Below, piece after piece: positions 47,168-58,094 of a stretch of DNA of 64,000 nucleotides; positions within the stretch are counted from its first letter, which is position 1; every line of letters starts with the position of its first letter. The position numbers were made by a program, and so were the translations under genes. The DNA is taken from contig CAWJTV010000020.1 in NCBI GenBank assembly GCA_963845755.1, forward strand, positions 1 through 64,000, given 5' to 3'. The stretch comes from an uncultured Planctomycetota bacterium. Lineage in GTDB: Bacteria; Planctomycetota; Planctomycetia; Isosphaerales; Isosphaeraceae. The notes under the pieces are model-generated. The model was not told where the DNA came from. It worked only from the letters and a program-made list of their open reading frames with translations, and searched no databases.

Positions 47168-48259
47168 ATGACCGTCGATACTCTCAAGGACTGCAATAAG
47201 CGACACCTGGCCCAGTTGGCCAAAGCCCGGGGGATCGCGGGGTGGCACGCGATGAGGAAGGATCAGTTGATCCGGGCGTTATCGCTGCCGCGTGCCGCCG
47301 ATTCTCGCAAGGACAAGAAGGCGGGTGCTCGGCCTCAAGGTCAGCCCCGCGGCAAGGTTGCGGGGTTACCGGGATCGGCCGCATCGAACGGCCGGGCGGC
47401 CCCGCCCTCGGTGGCAGCCCCACCGCAGATCCTGGATCACGCGTGCCAGAAAGACCGGATCGTCGTGCTCACGCGCGATTCTTATTGGTTGCATGCCTAT
47501 TGGGAGTTGAGCCGGACCACCCTGGCCCGAGCCCAGGCCGCGCTGGGCCAGGATTGGCACACTGCCCGTCCGATCCTCCGGTTGATGGACGTCTCCAGTG
47601 ACGACACGACGTCGGCGGCCCAGCGGCACGTGCGCGATATCCCGATCCACGGGGGGGTGAATAATTGGTATATCGACGTGATGGAGCCGCCCCGTTCCTA
47701 CCGGATCGACATCGGCTATTACTCGCGGCAGGGCCGGTTCTACGTCCTGGCCCGCTCGAATGTGGTGACGACTCCGAAGGCGGGGGTCACCGACCCGCTC
47801 GATGAGAACTGGATCGACGTCCAGAAGCAGATCGATCGGATCGAGACGCCGGCGTCGGTCGGCAGCGGTACCAATGGGCACCATCACACCAACACGGCCC
47901 TGGATCTCCGCGACCTGTTCGAGGAGCGGCTCCGCCGCCCGATGTGCAGCCTCGCCGTCCAGAACTTCACGACGCCCACCTTGCCCTCGCTGGGACGCGA
48001 CTTCCATTTCCAGATCGATGCCGAGCTCATTGTCTACGGCACGACCGAGCCCAACGCGCGGGTCACGCTCCAGGGAGAGCCGGTCCAGCTCCGCGCCGAC
48101 GGCTCGTTCACCGTCCGCTTCAGCCTGCCGGACTCGCGCCAGATCATCCCGGCGGTCGCCGCCAGTGCCGACGGCATCGAGGAGCGGACCATCGTGCTCG
48201 CCGTGGAACGGAACACGAAAGAGCTGGAGCCGATGATCCACGATAACAGCGAGATCTAG
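47168..48259 (+). CDS. DUF4912 protein with Rho N-terminal-like domain
   Basis: LAQLAK..GI.GW..MRKDQLI; RDSYWLHAYWE; LARSN.V.TP; DAELIVYG.TEP. Confidence 0.85.
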   Translation: MTVDTLKDCNKRHLAQLAKARGIAGWHAMRKDQLIRALSLPRAADSRKDKKAGARPQGQPRGKVAGLPGSAASNGRAAPPSVAAPPQILDHACQKDRIVVLTRDSYWLHAYWELSRTTLARAQAALGQDWHTARPILRLMDVSSDDTTSAAQRHVRDIPIHGGVNNWYIDVMEPPRSYRIDIGYYSRQGRFYVLARSNVVTTPKAGVTDPLDENWIDVQKQIDRIETPASVGSGTNGHHHTNTALDLRDLFEERLRRPMCSLAVQNFTTPTLPSLGRDFHFQIDAELIVYGTTEPNARVTLQGEPVQLRADGSFTVRFSLPDSRQIIPAVAASADGIEERTIVLAVERNTKELEPMIHDNSEI

Positions 48260-48411
48260 TCCTTGGGTCCTTGAGTCCTTAAGTTCTTGAGTCCATTGGT
48301 CCGTTGCGCGAGGACACCACGCTTGACAAGACGATCCGCGATCCTCGAGAGAAAGCCAACGGACCCGAGACCGAGAACTCAAGGACGCAAGTACTCAAGG
48401 ACCAAGGACCA

Positions 48412-49165
48412 ATGAGCCAAGACATCCGGCCGATCCTGGCCGGCTGGGATTTCGAGCCCGAACGGGTGCAGGTCCGGATCATCTCCGGTGATGATCGCAC
48501 GGAGAAGATCCAAATGCGGATCGACCTGGGGCTGATCCAGGCTGGAGATCGACGGCCGGCCCGATGGGGAGCGGCCGCAGGGCTACGAGTCGCTGCTGGA
48601 ATTCTACGAGGCCAGGGCCGGCGATCCGGCCGCCGCTGGCGAGCCGTTCACACTCAAAGCCGAGGACTGCGCCCTCCTGATGCGCGAGGGCCTCCAGTAT
48701 TACCATCGGTATGTCTCCGCCTTCCAGCTCGAACGGTACGACCTGGTGGAGCGGGACACCGCGCGCAACCTCCGGCTCTTCTCGTTTGTCGCCAGATACG
48801 CGACCCGGTCGCGCGACCGGATGCAGTTCGAGCAATATCGGCCGTACGTGCAGATGATGTACACACGCGCCCGAGCGATGCAAGCCCTGAACGTCAACGA
48901 CTACCGCGGCGCCCTGGGCGCCATTGACGAGGGGATCGCGGCGATTCTCAGCTTCCTCGTCGAGTATCACCAGGAGGATCGGGAAGCCCAATGCTCCGAG
49001 CTGCGGTATCTCCGCCAATGGCGCCAGGAGATCGACAACGGCCGGCCGTTGGGGCCCATCGAACTCCTCGAACAGCAGCTCCAGGTCTCCGTGACACTCG
49101 AGGACTACGAGGAAGCCGCGCGAATCCGCGATCAGATCCGGAGGCTCGGTCCCCTGGAAGGATGA
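48412..49165 (+). CDS. UvrB/UvrC-motif protein (frameshift near 48540)
   Basis: QMRIDLG..DGRPDG.RP; REGLQYYHRY; EDYEEAARIRDQI. Confidence 0.85.
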
Positions 49166-49328
49166 AGGCTGAAGGATGACTCGGAACCGGTTCATACATC
49201 CTTCAGCCTCCATCCTTCCCGACACCACCAGCCGTCGCTTCGCGAAATCCTCCCCCATCGAGGGAGGAAAGGACCTTGATCCCCGGCCGGGGCGCGGGTA
49301 GATTGATCGTGTCTGGTTTATCCAGGCG

Positions 49329-49498
49329 AAGCCTCTGCCATGTACGATCCAGGGTGGTCCTTTTGGCGAACCAACATTAAACCCGTAGGGAACCGATGCT
49401 AGCTCCGTGGGGCTGGTCTCCAGCCTCTCGAGGGTCACAGGTACCCACTTGAACTGCGGGTTCTCAAAAGCACCTTGCCGGCATTGCGGCGGAGGTTT
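49329..49498 (+). ncRNA. ssrS: 6S RNA
   Basis: About 170 nt with paired ends (AAGCCTCTGCC / GGCGGAGGTTT), a CTTGAAC..GGGTTC 3' motif, and a position upstream of 5-formyl-THF cyclo-ligase. Confidence 0.75.
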
Positions 49499-49619
49499 AT
49501 TCTGCCCGTGCTGTCCCTCCTCCATCGAGGGCAGTCACGGGCATTCTTATTGGTTCATGTCGAGCGCACGTTCGGACATCGCTCCGTCGCGATCGGCTCG
49601 GCGGAGGCCCATTGCGACG

Positions 49620-50282
49620 ATGAACCGGCCGACTGGGCGGGATCGCGAGGTGGTCGTTGCGAAGCGGGATTTGCGTATGGCGGTCCTCGCGAAGATCGCA
49701 GCGCTCGACCCGGCGCTGCGCCGCGCCGAGGAGAACGAGCTGGCAAGCTCGGTTCCCCGACCTGCCCGGCTGGTCGGACGCCGAGACCGTACTGCTCTAT
49801 GTCACGGCGTTCCCCGAGGAGCTCAGGACTGACGGATACCTGGTGCGGGCCTATGAGTCGGGGAAGCGTGTGATCTGCCCCCGGGTTGACCGAGCCGCGA
49901 GGCTGTTGCGTCTGCACCGGATCCGCGATCCCCAGAGCGAGTTGAGGCCCGGGACGCTGGGCATTCCGGAACCGCGCGCGGACCTGGCCGAGGTTCCCCC
50001 CGAGTCAATCGACTGGTGCTCGTGCCGGGACTGGCCTTCGACGAGCAAGGCTATCGCCTGGGCCGCGGGGCCGGTCACTACGACCGACTGTTGCCGCGAC
50101 TGCGGTCGGATGCGGTCTGCTGGGCCCTCTGTCTGAGCTGCCAGTTGCTCTCCCGGCTGCCGATCGAGCCGCACGATCGGCCCCTCAATGGGGTCTCCGC
50201 CCCCGGGCGCACGGTTTTGGGCGCCCGGGGAGACCTCGGCGGTCAGTCGGCCCGGATCTCGACCGCCGGGGGCTCGCTGTAA
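49620..50282 (+). CDS. ygfA: 5-formyltetrahydrofolate cyclo-ligase (frameshifts)
   Basis: K..LR, GIPEP, LVPGLAFD..GYRLGRGAGHYDR, EPHD. Confidence 0.9.
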
Positions 50283-51520
50283 GCCTGGAATAGCGCGGGC
50301 ATCCCGATCATCGCGGTGTCGTCCTTGTGCAGGATCACGCGATAGCGGAATCGGATCGACTGGCCCGAGGGCACGGTGTACTCGCCCTTGTCGGGTTTCT
50401 TGAAGTCGTGCCCGCCGAAGGGATTGGCGGCGAACAAGCCATAGTCCCGGACGTGCCAGGTCGTCGGATATCGGAAGCTCTGGGGATGGTTGAGGATCGC
50501 AATCCCCACGGTCTTGCCCTGGACGGGACCGACGTAGTTGACCCAAGGGGAAGGTTCTCCCCAGGCCTTTAGATCGGTCAATCCCTCGGCGTTGGTGATC
50601 CGCCCGCCGGTCTTGTTCTTGACGTCCATCGAGGAAGCCACCCGCAGGCCGAACATCCCTTCCTTGGTATCGCCGAAGGTGACCGGTCCATCCGAGGCGT
50701 GGATCGTCACGTCGAAGTCGATGATCCGTGGACCCTCGGTGCGATAGAACGTCACGGTGCGCTCGTCCTCGCAGACCTTTCGATTGCCGGGTGCGAGCCA
50801 GGCATTCCGGGTCCAGAGCCGCGCCAGGACCGGCCCCTCGACGAGGATCCGCCGCGCCATTTCGCGAATTGTGCCGGCATTCTTCGTCTCGGACCAGAAG
50901 TCCACTCCATTGACGTTTCCGTGGGTGAACCAGAACGAGCGTTGATGGGGATGATCGCGATCCTCGCCGGGGACGGACTCCATGGGAAAGGCCCGAGTGA
51001 AGGAAACGCCGGTCGGCCCGATCACGGGGAAGAAGAAGGGTTTGTTGCCGGTGTCGATCCGGTACTCGGTCAGAGGATGGTCGTCGAGCGTGATGATGAG
51101 GTTGCGGCGCGTGCCGTCAGGATCGGGGTCCCGCCGCGCCGACACGGGAAAGTCGCTGACGAACGGCCGACCATGCGCCTGGAACCGGATCCCGCCGGAA
51201 GTGCGCGAGTCGGGTGCCGGCAGTGGCTTCATCGCATAGGAGAACTCCTGTCGTGCCGGGACGCGGGGCAAGATGGTCGCGAGGACGTGCCGATCGCCGT
51301 CCTGGAAGACGACAGCCGGGATCGATTCGCCCGAGGTGGGGCCGGTCAAGGAATAAATCCCGTCCGTTGCGGGGACCTTGAGTGCAACGACGATCGGCGT
51401 TTCGCCCAGTTCGCTATCGCCGCCCCGGCCGCTAAGACGCCAGGTCTGGGCCTGGGCGACCGGGGCGCTGATCCCCAGGGTGAGGATCGCCGCGACGAAG
51501 CCGTAGCCGCGTGAGGACAT
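50243..51520 (-). CDS. Secreted PmoA/DUF6807-like protein
   Basis: KPFFFPV, DHPHQRSFWF.HG, FGDTKEG, WHVRDYGLFAANPFG. Confidence 0.8.
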   Translation of the reverse strand: MSSRGYGFVAAILTLGISAPVAQAQTWRLSGRGGDSELGETPIVVALKVPATDGIYSLTGPTSGESIPAVVFQDGDRHVLATILPRVPARQEFSYAMKPLPAPDSRTSGGIRFQAHGRPFVSDFPVSARRDPDPDGTRRNLIITLDDHPLTEYRIDTGNKPFFFPVIGPTGVSFTRAFPMESVPGEDRDHPHQRSFWFTHGNVNGVDFWSETKNAGTIREMARRILVEGPVLARLWTRNAWLAPGNRKVCEDERTVTFYRTEGPRIIDFDVTIHASDGPVTFGDTKEGMFGLRVASSMDVKNKTGGRITNAEGLTDLKAWGEPSPWVNYVGPVQGKTVGIAILNHPQSFRYPTTWHVRDYGLFAANPFGGHDFKKPDKGEYTVPSGQSIRFRYRVILHKDDTAMIGMPALFQAYSEPPAVEIRAD

Positions 51521-51962
51521 CGCTTGGTGCTCCTTGTCTCGCGCCCGGTCGCACCGGGGAAGGAATGCGGCATCGACCAGGCGGATCCTGGGGGAAGCCG
51601 GGTGCGGAGTTTCGCGCAATCTTATCGTTGACCGCGCTACCGAACCAGCCTGTTGTCGGGCCAGATCCCACGTGAGCCCTGGCTCCCATTGTCTCGTGTT
51701 CTATCGTCGAACACGAACGATTTCGGAGATTTCGCCCCGGTCGAAATTTTTCTCGTTGCTACCGAACCGCGGGATTCCTATACTTTTCATTGCAACGATC
51801 CAGGCTGACAGTGGCCGGCTGGGCATCGCACTCGCCGTCTGCCGCACCAGGATTCGGTTGCCGAGGTCAGCGGGGACCGGGAACTCCGCCGGGTCTCACG
51901 CCGCCTCGTCGGGGTTGGTCCTTCCGTGCAGGTCGGTGGAGAGCCTTTTCCGGGCGATTGCG

Positions 51963-52307
51963 ATGGCGAAGCGGCTTTACGTTGGTAACCTCAAGTACAC
52001 GGTCACGTCCGAAGAGCTTCAGGAATTGTTCGAGCCGTATGGGACGGTCAGTTCCGCCCAAGTCCTGAGCGACCGCGAGACCGGTCGAAGCCGGGGATTC
52101 GGCTTCGTGGAAATGGTCAATGATGATGAGGCCCTGAGCGCGATCGAGAGCCTCGACGGCCAGGATCACGACGGTCGGCGGCTCACGGTCAATGAGGCGA
52201 GGCCCCGCACCCCGGGCGGCAGTGGTGGTGGTGGCGGTGGCGGCGGGTATCGGGGAGGCGGCGGGAGTGGGTATCGCGGCGGTGGTGGCGGCTATGGCGA
52301 CTATTGA
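51963..52307 (+). CDS. RRM RNA-binding protein with Gly-rich tail
   Basis: LYVGNL, RSRGFGFVEM, LTVNEARPR. Confidence 0.95.
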   Translation: MAKRLYVGNLKYTVTSEELQELFEPYGTVSSAQVLSDRETGRSRGFGFVEMVNDDEALSAIESLDGQDHDGRRLTVNEARPRTPGGSGGGGGGGGYRGGGGSGYRGGGGGYGDY

Positions 52308-52533
52308 TCGTCGTCCCGTCAGCCTGTCCGTCGATCCCGGATCTCATGACATCGGGAACTTGTGTCCGCGTCCGCGGTCGAGCGATGGTGTCGTGCCTCG
52401 GCCCGATCCAATTGACAACTCAACGTTCTCCGGCCCCGGGTTACCAGATGGAATTCGGGGTTTTTCGTTGCGCACGGAGAACTCCTGCGTCATCAACGCT
52501 CATCCCGAATCCTCCAGGCGGCCCGTCGCTATC

Positions 52534-52809
52534 ATGCCAACACAAAACATCGAGAGTTCGTCATCGTCGAGTCGCCAGGAGCTCCTCGCGAGGATCGAGC
52601 GGGTGCTGGATGAGCGCGTGCGTCCGGATTTGCGAACCGATGGCGGAGACATTGTGCTCGTGGGGATCGACGAGGACAATATTGTCCAGGTTCGACTGAC
52701 AGGGGCGTGTCAGGGATGTTCCTCGGCGATCGTGACATTGAGCATGAGGGTCGAGTTGACACTGAAGGCCGCCATACCCGAGATTCGGTTCATCGAGGCC
52801 GTCCCGTGA
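52534..52809 (+). CDS. NifU-like domain protein
   Basis: VRPDLRTDGGDI, GACQGC. Confidence 0.9.
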   Translation: MPTQNIESSSSSSRQELLARIERVLDERVRPDLRTDGGDIVLVGIDEDNIVQVRLTGACQGCSSAIVTLSMRVELTLKAAIPEIRFIEAVP

Positions 52810-53975
52810 TGGGAAACGCGGAGGTTGGGGAACACGATCCGCGATGGCGATGGCCGCGCGCCGCGTATGTTCACATCCCGTTTTGCGCCGACAAGTGCGG
52901 CTATTGCGACTTCGCCTCGCTGGCCGGTGTCGATCACCTCGCGGATCGCTACCTGTCGGCCCTGGAGCGCGAGATGGCGATGGCGCTGGGGCATCCCCAC
53001 GAAGTGGACACGATCTTCGTGGGCGGCGGGACACCGACCCGGCTGGATGCCGCCGGGCTCGAGCGCCTGACCGGCATCATCCGGCGATGGCTGGTCCGGG
53101 CGCCGGGTGCGGAGTGGACCGTCGAGGCGAATCCCGGCACCCTCGACGTCGAGAAGGCCGAGATCCTGGCCGCGGCCGGTGTTGACCGCGTGAGCCTGGG
53201 CGCCGAGTCGTTCCGGACCGAATCGCTCCGGGTCCTGGAACGCCACCATGGTCGGCCCGAGGTGGAACAGGCCGTGGCGATCGTCGGCCCGCGATTCCCG
53301 CGCTGGTCGCTCGACCTGATCTTCGGAGTGCCCGGCTCGGGACTCGACGACTGGCGGAGCGATCTGGAGATCGCCCTCGGATTCGGTCCGGAGCATCTCT
53401 CCTGCTACGGGCTGGTCTACGAGAAGGGGACCGCGCTGTGGAAGCAACAGCAGAGCGGTGAGGTGAGGCCCGTCGAGGAAGAGGTCGAGCGGTCGATGTA
53501 CGAGGCGACGATCCAGCAGCTCGCCGGGGCCGGCCTGGCGATGTACGAGATCTCGAACTTCGCGCGCCCCGGCCATGAGTCGCGGCACAATCTCGTCTAC
53601 TGGGCCAACGAGGCCTACTTCGGTTTCGGCGTGGGGGCGGTGCGCTATGTTCGGGGCGTGCGATCGGTCAATACCCGGGATCTCGCGGGCTACCTCCGCC
53701 GGATCGAGGCCGGCGAGCCGGCCACGGGTCCGAGCGAGGAACTGGTGCCCGAGGAACGCGCCCGCGAGACGGCCATCCTCATGCTGCGCCGCACCGTAAT
53801 GGGACTCGATCGCGACAACTTCCGCAAGCAGACCGGCTTCGAGATCGATCGCCTCGCCGGACCCGCCATCGAACGATTTCGAACCCAGGGATACCTCGAG
53901 GATGACGGACGCCGGCTCCGGCTCACGCACGAAGGCGTCTTTATGGCGGATCTGGTGCTTTGTGCGTTCCTGTAA
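52809..53975 (+). CDS. hemW: Radical SAM heme chaperone HemW
   Basis: YVHIPFCADKCGYCDF, GGGTPT, YEISNFA, HNLVYW. Confidence 0.92.
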   Translation: MGNAEVGEHDPRWRWPRAAYVHIPFCADKCGYCDFASLAGVDHLADRYLSALEREMAMALGHPHEVDTIFVGGGTPTRLDAAGLERLTGIIRRWLVRAPGAEWTVEANPGTLDVEKAEILAAAGVDRVSLGAESFRTESLRVLERHHGRPEVEQAVAIVGPRFPRWSLDLIFGVPGSGLDDWRSDLEIALGFGPEHLSCYGLVYEKGTALWKQQQSGEVRPVEEEVERSMYEATIQQLAGAGLAMYEISNFARPGHESRHNLVYWANEAYFGFGVGAVRYVRGVRSVNTRDLAGYLRRIEAGEPATGPSEELVPEERARETAILMLRRTVMGLDRDNFRKQTGFEIDRLAGPAIERFRTQGYLEDDGRRLRLTHEGVFMADLVLCAFL

Positions 53976-53999
53976 TCAAGCGCGACTACCGGATCTTGA

Positions 54000-54917
54000 T
54001 CAGTTGGCTGCGCGCGAGTTGAGGCTGAAGACGGCGGCCTGGAAGAGGGCGCGGGTCTTGTTCTTGGCGGTGCGATACGCCTCGTCAAAACCATCGGCCT
54101 TGGTCCAGTCGACGACCTGCTGGACCTGCTTGGCCATGAATTCGAGCATCTCGTCGATGGTTGACGCGGCGGGCTCGACGGGTTCGGCGAGTGCCGCCTC
54201 GCGGTGTGATGGGCCGGCTCCAATACCTCCGCCGGGAGTCCCGGCCAGGTGGGCCGGAGCCGCGGCAGTGTCGTCCCAGGGGGGCGCGGCTTTCATGCCG
54301 CGGCGGCCCTGCTCGCCCGACTCCTCACCGCTCCACTTGTGGTCGCGCCGCTCGCGCTCGCCCGGCTCGTCGACGGCGCCCGCGGCCTCGTTATCGCGGG
54401 GAAGCCGTTCGTTCTTGTCCTTGGGAATTCCGGCGGACGTGTAGAGCTTGCCGTCGGCACCCACGCGACCGGGCGAGTTCGGGATCTGGTGCGATTCGAT
54501 CAACTGTTTGCGGATCTTCAGCACGAGCTCGCGGCTGACAGCCAGCTCCTGGGCCATGCGGCGATCGGACCAATCGTGATGCAGCTTCAACTTGACCTCG
54601 ACGGCCCGACGGCGCTCGGCCCGGGTCAGTGGGAGGCCGTGGAACAGGTTGACGCTGGCGACGAAGTCGAGCCCCTCGGTGAACGTGCCGACGCGGACCT
54701 CCGCCGGTATCGTCCGCTTGCCGAGCATGATCGCGGCCGCGTGACGATGGAATCCGTCGGCGATCAGCAGGCGACCCTCGACCTCGAAGACGGTGATCGG
54801 CGGCAGGCGCTCCCATGAGTCGGCATACCGCTCTACCGTGAAATCGTCCAGGCGGTCGCGGAGGTTGAGGTTCGGGTCGAGGACGAGATCGTCTAGGGGA
54901 ACCTCGAGGATATTCAT
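54000..54917 (-). CDS. ParB N-terminal (CTPase-fold) + HTH protein
   Basis: LPPITV, DGFHR, N..HGLPLT..ERR, WSDRRMAQELAVS. Confidence 0.85.
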   Translation of the reverse strand: MNILEVPLDDLVLDPNLNLRDRLDDFTVERYADSWERLPPITVFEVEGRLLIADGFHRHAAAIMLGKRTIPAEVRVGTFTEGLDFVASVNLFHGLPLTRAERRRAVEVKLKLHHDWSDRRMAQELAVSRELVLKIRKQLIESHQIPNSPGRVGADGKLYTSAGIPKDKNERLPRDNEAAGAVDEPGERERRDHKWSGEESGEQGRRGMKAAPPWDDTAAAPAHLAGTPGGGIGAGPSHREAALAEPVEPAASTIDEMLEFMAKQVQQVVDWTKADGFDEAYRTAKNKTRALFQAAVFSLNSRAAN

Positions 54918-55065
54918 GTCGGAGCTTCTTTCGTGGTCAACGTGACCGTGCAGACCCGGGGATGTTCCCAAGTGCCCTACTGTCCGCCTATGATCGGCCG
55001 GGAAGTTCCGGGGGCTTGCGTCAAGTTTGACGAGAAGTTCTGGGTCACGAAGGGAGTTGACGGTC

Positions 55066-55941
55066 ATGAGGATTGTGGTGACGGGATCCAGCGGGCGACT
55101 GGGGAGCTACCTGGTTGATCGCCTGGTCAGTGGCGGGCATGAGGTCTTCGCCTGGAGCGGGACGGTGCGCGGGACGCGCGGCGGGATCGCACTACGGACC
55201 GTAGACCTGACCGACGAACGCGCAACCGTCGCCGCGCTGGCGCAGGCGGACCCGGAGGCGGTGATCCACGCCGGGGCCTCGAGCTCGGCCGAGGCGGTGT
55301 TTCGCGACCCGGCGCGGGGATGGGCGGTCAACGTCGAGGCGACACGGCAGCTCGCCGAGTGGGCTCACCGCCACGATCGGCGCCTGCTGTTCACCTCGAC
55401 CGACCTGGTGTTCGACGGCTCGAGGTCCTGGTATCGCGAGCAGGACCCGGCGGAGCCGGTCCTCGCGTACGGCCGGTCCAAGCGCGAGGCCGAGGCGTTC
55501 GTGCTCGCGATCCCGCGCGGGATCGTTGCGCGGATCAGCCTCCTGTTCGGCCCGACCCACGGCGAAAGCCCCGGCTTCTTCGACCTCGCCATGGCGTCGC
55601 TGATTCGGGGCGAACGGCGGTCGTTCTTCGCGGATGAATTCCGCACGCCTCTCGATTATCTCACGGCCGCTAAGATCATCACACGATTGATCGAATCCGA
55701 CTCGACGGGGATCGTGCACGTCGGCGGTCGGGAGCGGCTCAGCCGGTTCGAGTTGATGCGCCGCGCGGCCATCGCCTGGCAGGTCGACCCAGATCGGGTG
55801 TGTGCCGACCGCCAGGCCGACGCGACGTTTTCCGAACCCCGGCCCGCGGACGTCTCGCTCGACACCACCCGGCTCGCGGCCCTGATCCCCGGCCTCGAGC
55901 GCCCTGACGTCGAGGCGGCCCTCGCGGCGATGTCTGGTTGA
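55066..55941 (+). CDS. dTDP-4-dehydrorhamnose reductase-like SDR
   Basis: GSSGRLG, STDLVFDG, YGRSK. Confidence 0.88.
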   Translation: MRIVVTGSSGRLGSYLVDRLVSGGHEVFAWSGTVRGTRGGIALRTVDLTDERATVAALAQADPEAVIHAGASSSAEAVFRDPARGWAVNVEATRQLAEWAHRHDRRLLFTSTDLVFDGSRSWYREQDPAEPVLAYGRSKREAEAFVLAIPRGIVARISLLFGPTHGESPGFFDLAMASLIRGERRSFFADEFRTPLDYLTAAKIITRLIESDSTGIVHVGGRERLSRFELMRRAAIAWQVDPDRVCADRQADATFSEPRPADVSLDTTRLAALIPGLERPDVEAALAAMSG

Positions 55942-56093
55942 GGCGAGGCGCGACCCGACGGAATCCTCTGGATTCTTGAAACCGTCCCCTGGCCGAATGG
56001 GCTATCATCAGAAGAGACGAACGGGGCGGATCGTGCGGCTTGAAGCGCGCCGTGGTCGTTCCTTGTCGAGTCTGATCACCCGGAAGAGATTGC

Positions 56094-57488
56094 ATGATGG
56101 ACCTGCGAAAGAAATCGTTGCGGTCGTGTCGTCCCGGTCTGGCCATTTTGATCGGGGTTTCGATCGGAATGCCCGTCGCGGTGCGCGGAGGCGAGGCACC
56201 AACCTTTCATCGCGACGTCGCGCCGATCCTGCAGAAGAACTGCCAAGAATGCCATCGACCTGGACAGGTCGCGCCCTTCTCGCTGCTGGATTACGCGCAG
56301 GCGCGGAAGCGTGCCCAGGACATCGCCGCGGTGACGGAGGAACGCACGATGCCCCCGTGGCATGCCTCGACGACGGAAGGGGGACCGTTCCAGGGCGCGC
56401 GGGTACTGACCGAAGGGGAGTTGAAGACGCTGGCGGACTGGGCCGACGCGGGAACGCCGGAGGGAGATCCGAAGGACGGAGCGCCGCCGCGCAAGTGGCA
56501 TTCCGATTGGGCCCTGGGGCCGCCCGACCTGGTCCTCAGGATGCCCGAGCCGTACAAGCTGGGACCTTCCGGGCCGGATGAGTACCGCGTGATCGTGATC
56601 CCGGCCGGTCTGGCGGAAGGGCGCTGGATCACCGCCGTGGATTTCAAGCCCGGAAACCTGAAGGTCGTCCATCATATTTTGGCGGCTTATGACGTGACGG
56701 GCAACGCGCGGAAACTGGACGCCGCCGACCCGGGCCCCGGCTATGCGACGTCCGGCGGCGGTTATGGCCGCCTCCCCAACGGCCTGCCCTTCATCCCCTC
56801 CGGCCAGCTCTGGGGTTGGGCGCCGGGACGGACGCCTCGGCGGGCGCCCGAAGGCACGGCCCGATCCCTGCCGGCCGCCGCCGACGTACTGCTCCAGATC
56901 CACTATCACAAGAGCGGCAAGCCGGAGAAGGACGCCACGGTGATTGGCCTGTACTTCGCCCCGGGGCCTGTCGATAAACAGATCCGCTCCGCCATGGTCT
57001 TGCCCCGCCGCGCCGGCTTCTCGCTCCGGCCCGAGCTGCGCATCCCGCCGGGCGATGCCAACTACGAAGTCATGGGGAGCCAGACGATTCGTCAGGATTC
57101 CCGCCTGCTGGCCGTGTTTCCCCACATGCACCTGCTCGGCAAGGACTTCTTGCTGCGGGCCATCCGGCCCGATGGCTCGGAGCAGACGCTCATCCGGATC
57201 GACGCCTGGGACTTCAACTGGCAGAACCCGTACGACTTCGTCACGCCGGTGGCCCTGCCCATGGGGACCCGGATCGAGATGACAGCCCACTTTGATAACT
57301 CCGCCAGCAATCCGAGCAACCCGAGCAAGCCCCCGATCGAAGTCCATTGGGGCGAGCAAACCACCGACGAGATGTGCATCGGCTTCCTGCACCTCACTCG
57401 CGATGCCGAACACCTGAAGGATCGCTCGCCGGATGCGGGCCGGCCGGCGACCCGTCGCGCGGCGCTCGACGTGCCGGCAAGACCCTGA
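56094..57488 (+). CDS. Secreted cytochrome c + copper type II monooxygenase-like protein
   Basis: CQECH..MPPW, VVHH, QIHYH, PHMH, WDFNWQ, DEMC. Confidence 0.88.
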   Translation: MMDLRKKSLRSCRPGLAILIGVSIGMPVAVRGGEAPTFHRDVAPILQKNCQECHRPGQVAPFSLLDYAQARKRAQDIAAVTEERTMPPWHASTTEGGPFQGARVLTEGELKTLADWADAGTPEGDPKDGAPPRKWHSDWALGPPDLVLRMPEPYKLGPSGPDEYRVIVIPAGLAEGRWITAVDFKPGNLKVVHHILAAYDVTGNARKLDAADPGPGYATSGGGYGRLPNGLPFIPSGQLWGWAPGRTPRRAPEGTARSLPAAADVLLQIHYHKSGKPEKDATVIGLYFAPGPVDKQIRSAMVLPRRAGFSLRPELRIPPGDANYEVMGSQTIRQDSRLLAVFPHMHLLGKDFLLRAIRPDGSEQTLIRIDAWDFNWQNPYDFVTPVALPMGTRIEMTAHFDNSASNPSNPSKPPIEVHWGEQTTDEMCIGFLHLTRDAEHLKDRSPDAGRPATRRAALDVPARP

Positions 57489-58094
57489 CCCGGGCGCGGA
57501 GCGTCGGCATCGAGCATCGGTCTCACCAGAATCCGGTACGAAACCCTTCCCCCCAAGGGTTTACGCTTCTTTGCGCAATTCTTACTAATTCCTGGGTACG
57601 ACCTCTCGCGACATGACGCCGAGCTATCTGTGCGGGTATGCGACAAGGGTCTCCCCGATCCTTCCTGCCGAGCGCATCGCTCGAGGCTTGTCGATTCGAG
57701 ATCCCGAGAGGCCGGATTACGGACATTTCGGTAGTCCGTGATCTCGAATCAGCAGTCTCCTTGCGACCGAGTCACGTGCAGGATGAGTCGGGCCGTGGGA
57801 GGCTCAACGTCGCGTAGCCGACCAACTTGACCACGAAGGAGCCGCGCACTAGTGTGTGGCGGCGGGTTGGGTGTGTTGTGCGCGGCACTACCCGGGTCCC
57901 GGTCGCCGAGGACGAGTCGTAGACCCAAGCAGCCCGGATATGGAGTCTTGAAGAGTGCCGTGCTCGGCAGACGGGGTGCTTGTGCGCTGATGGCGCGGTC
58001 AGGCGTGCGGCCGGCTTGTGCCAGGACTGCGCACGGAATCGAGTCCCCCGCTGCTCTGCGACGGCCTTACCCCATGACGCGAGTGAGAACTTTG

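Noticed and set aside
50243..51520. Methane monooxygenase
   Set aside because: A soluble secreted PmoA-named family; no pmoB/pmoC and no multi-TM topology.
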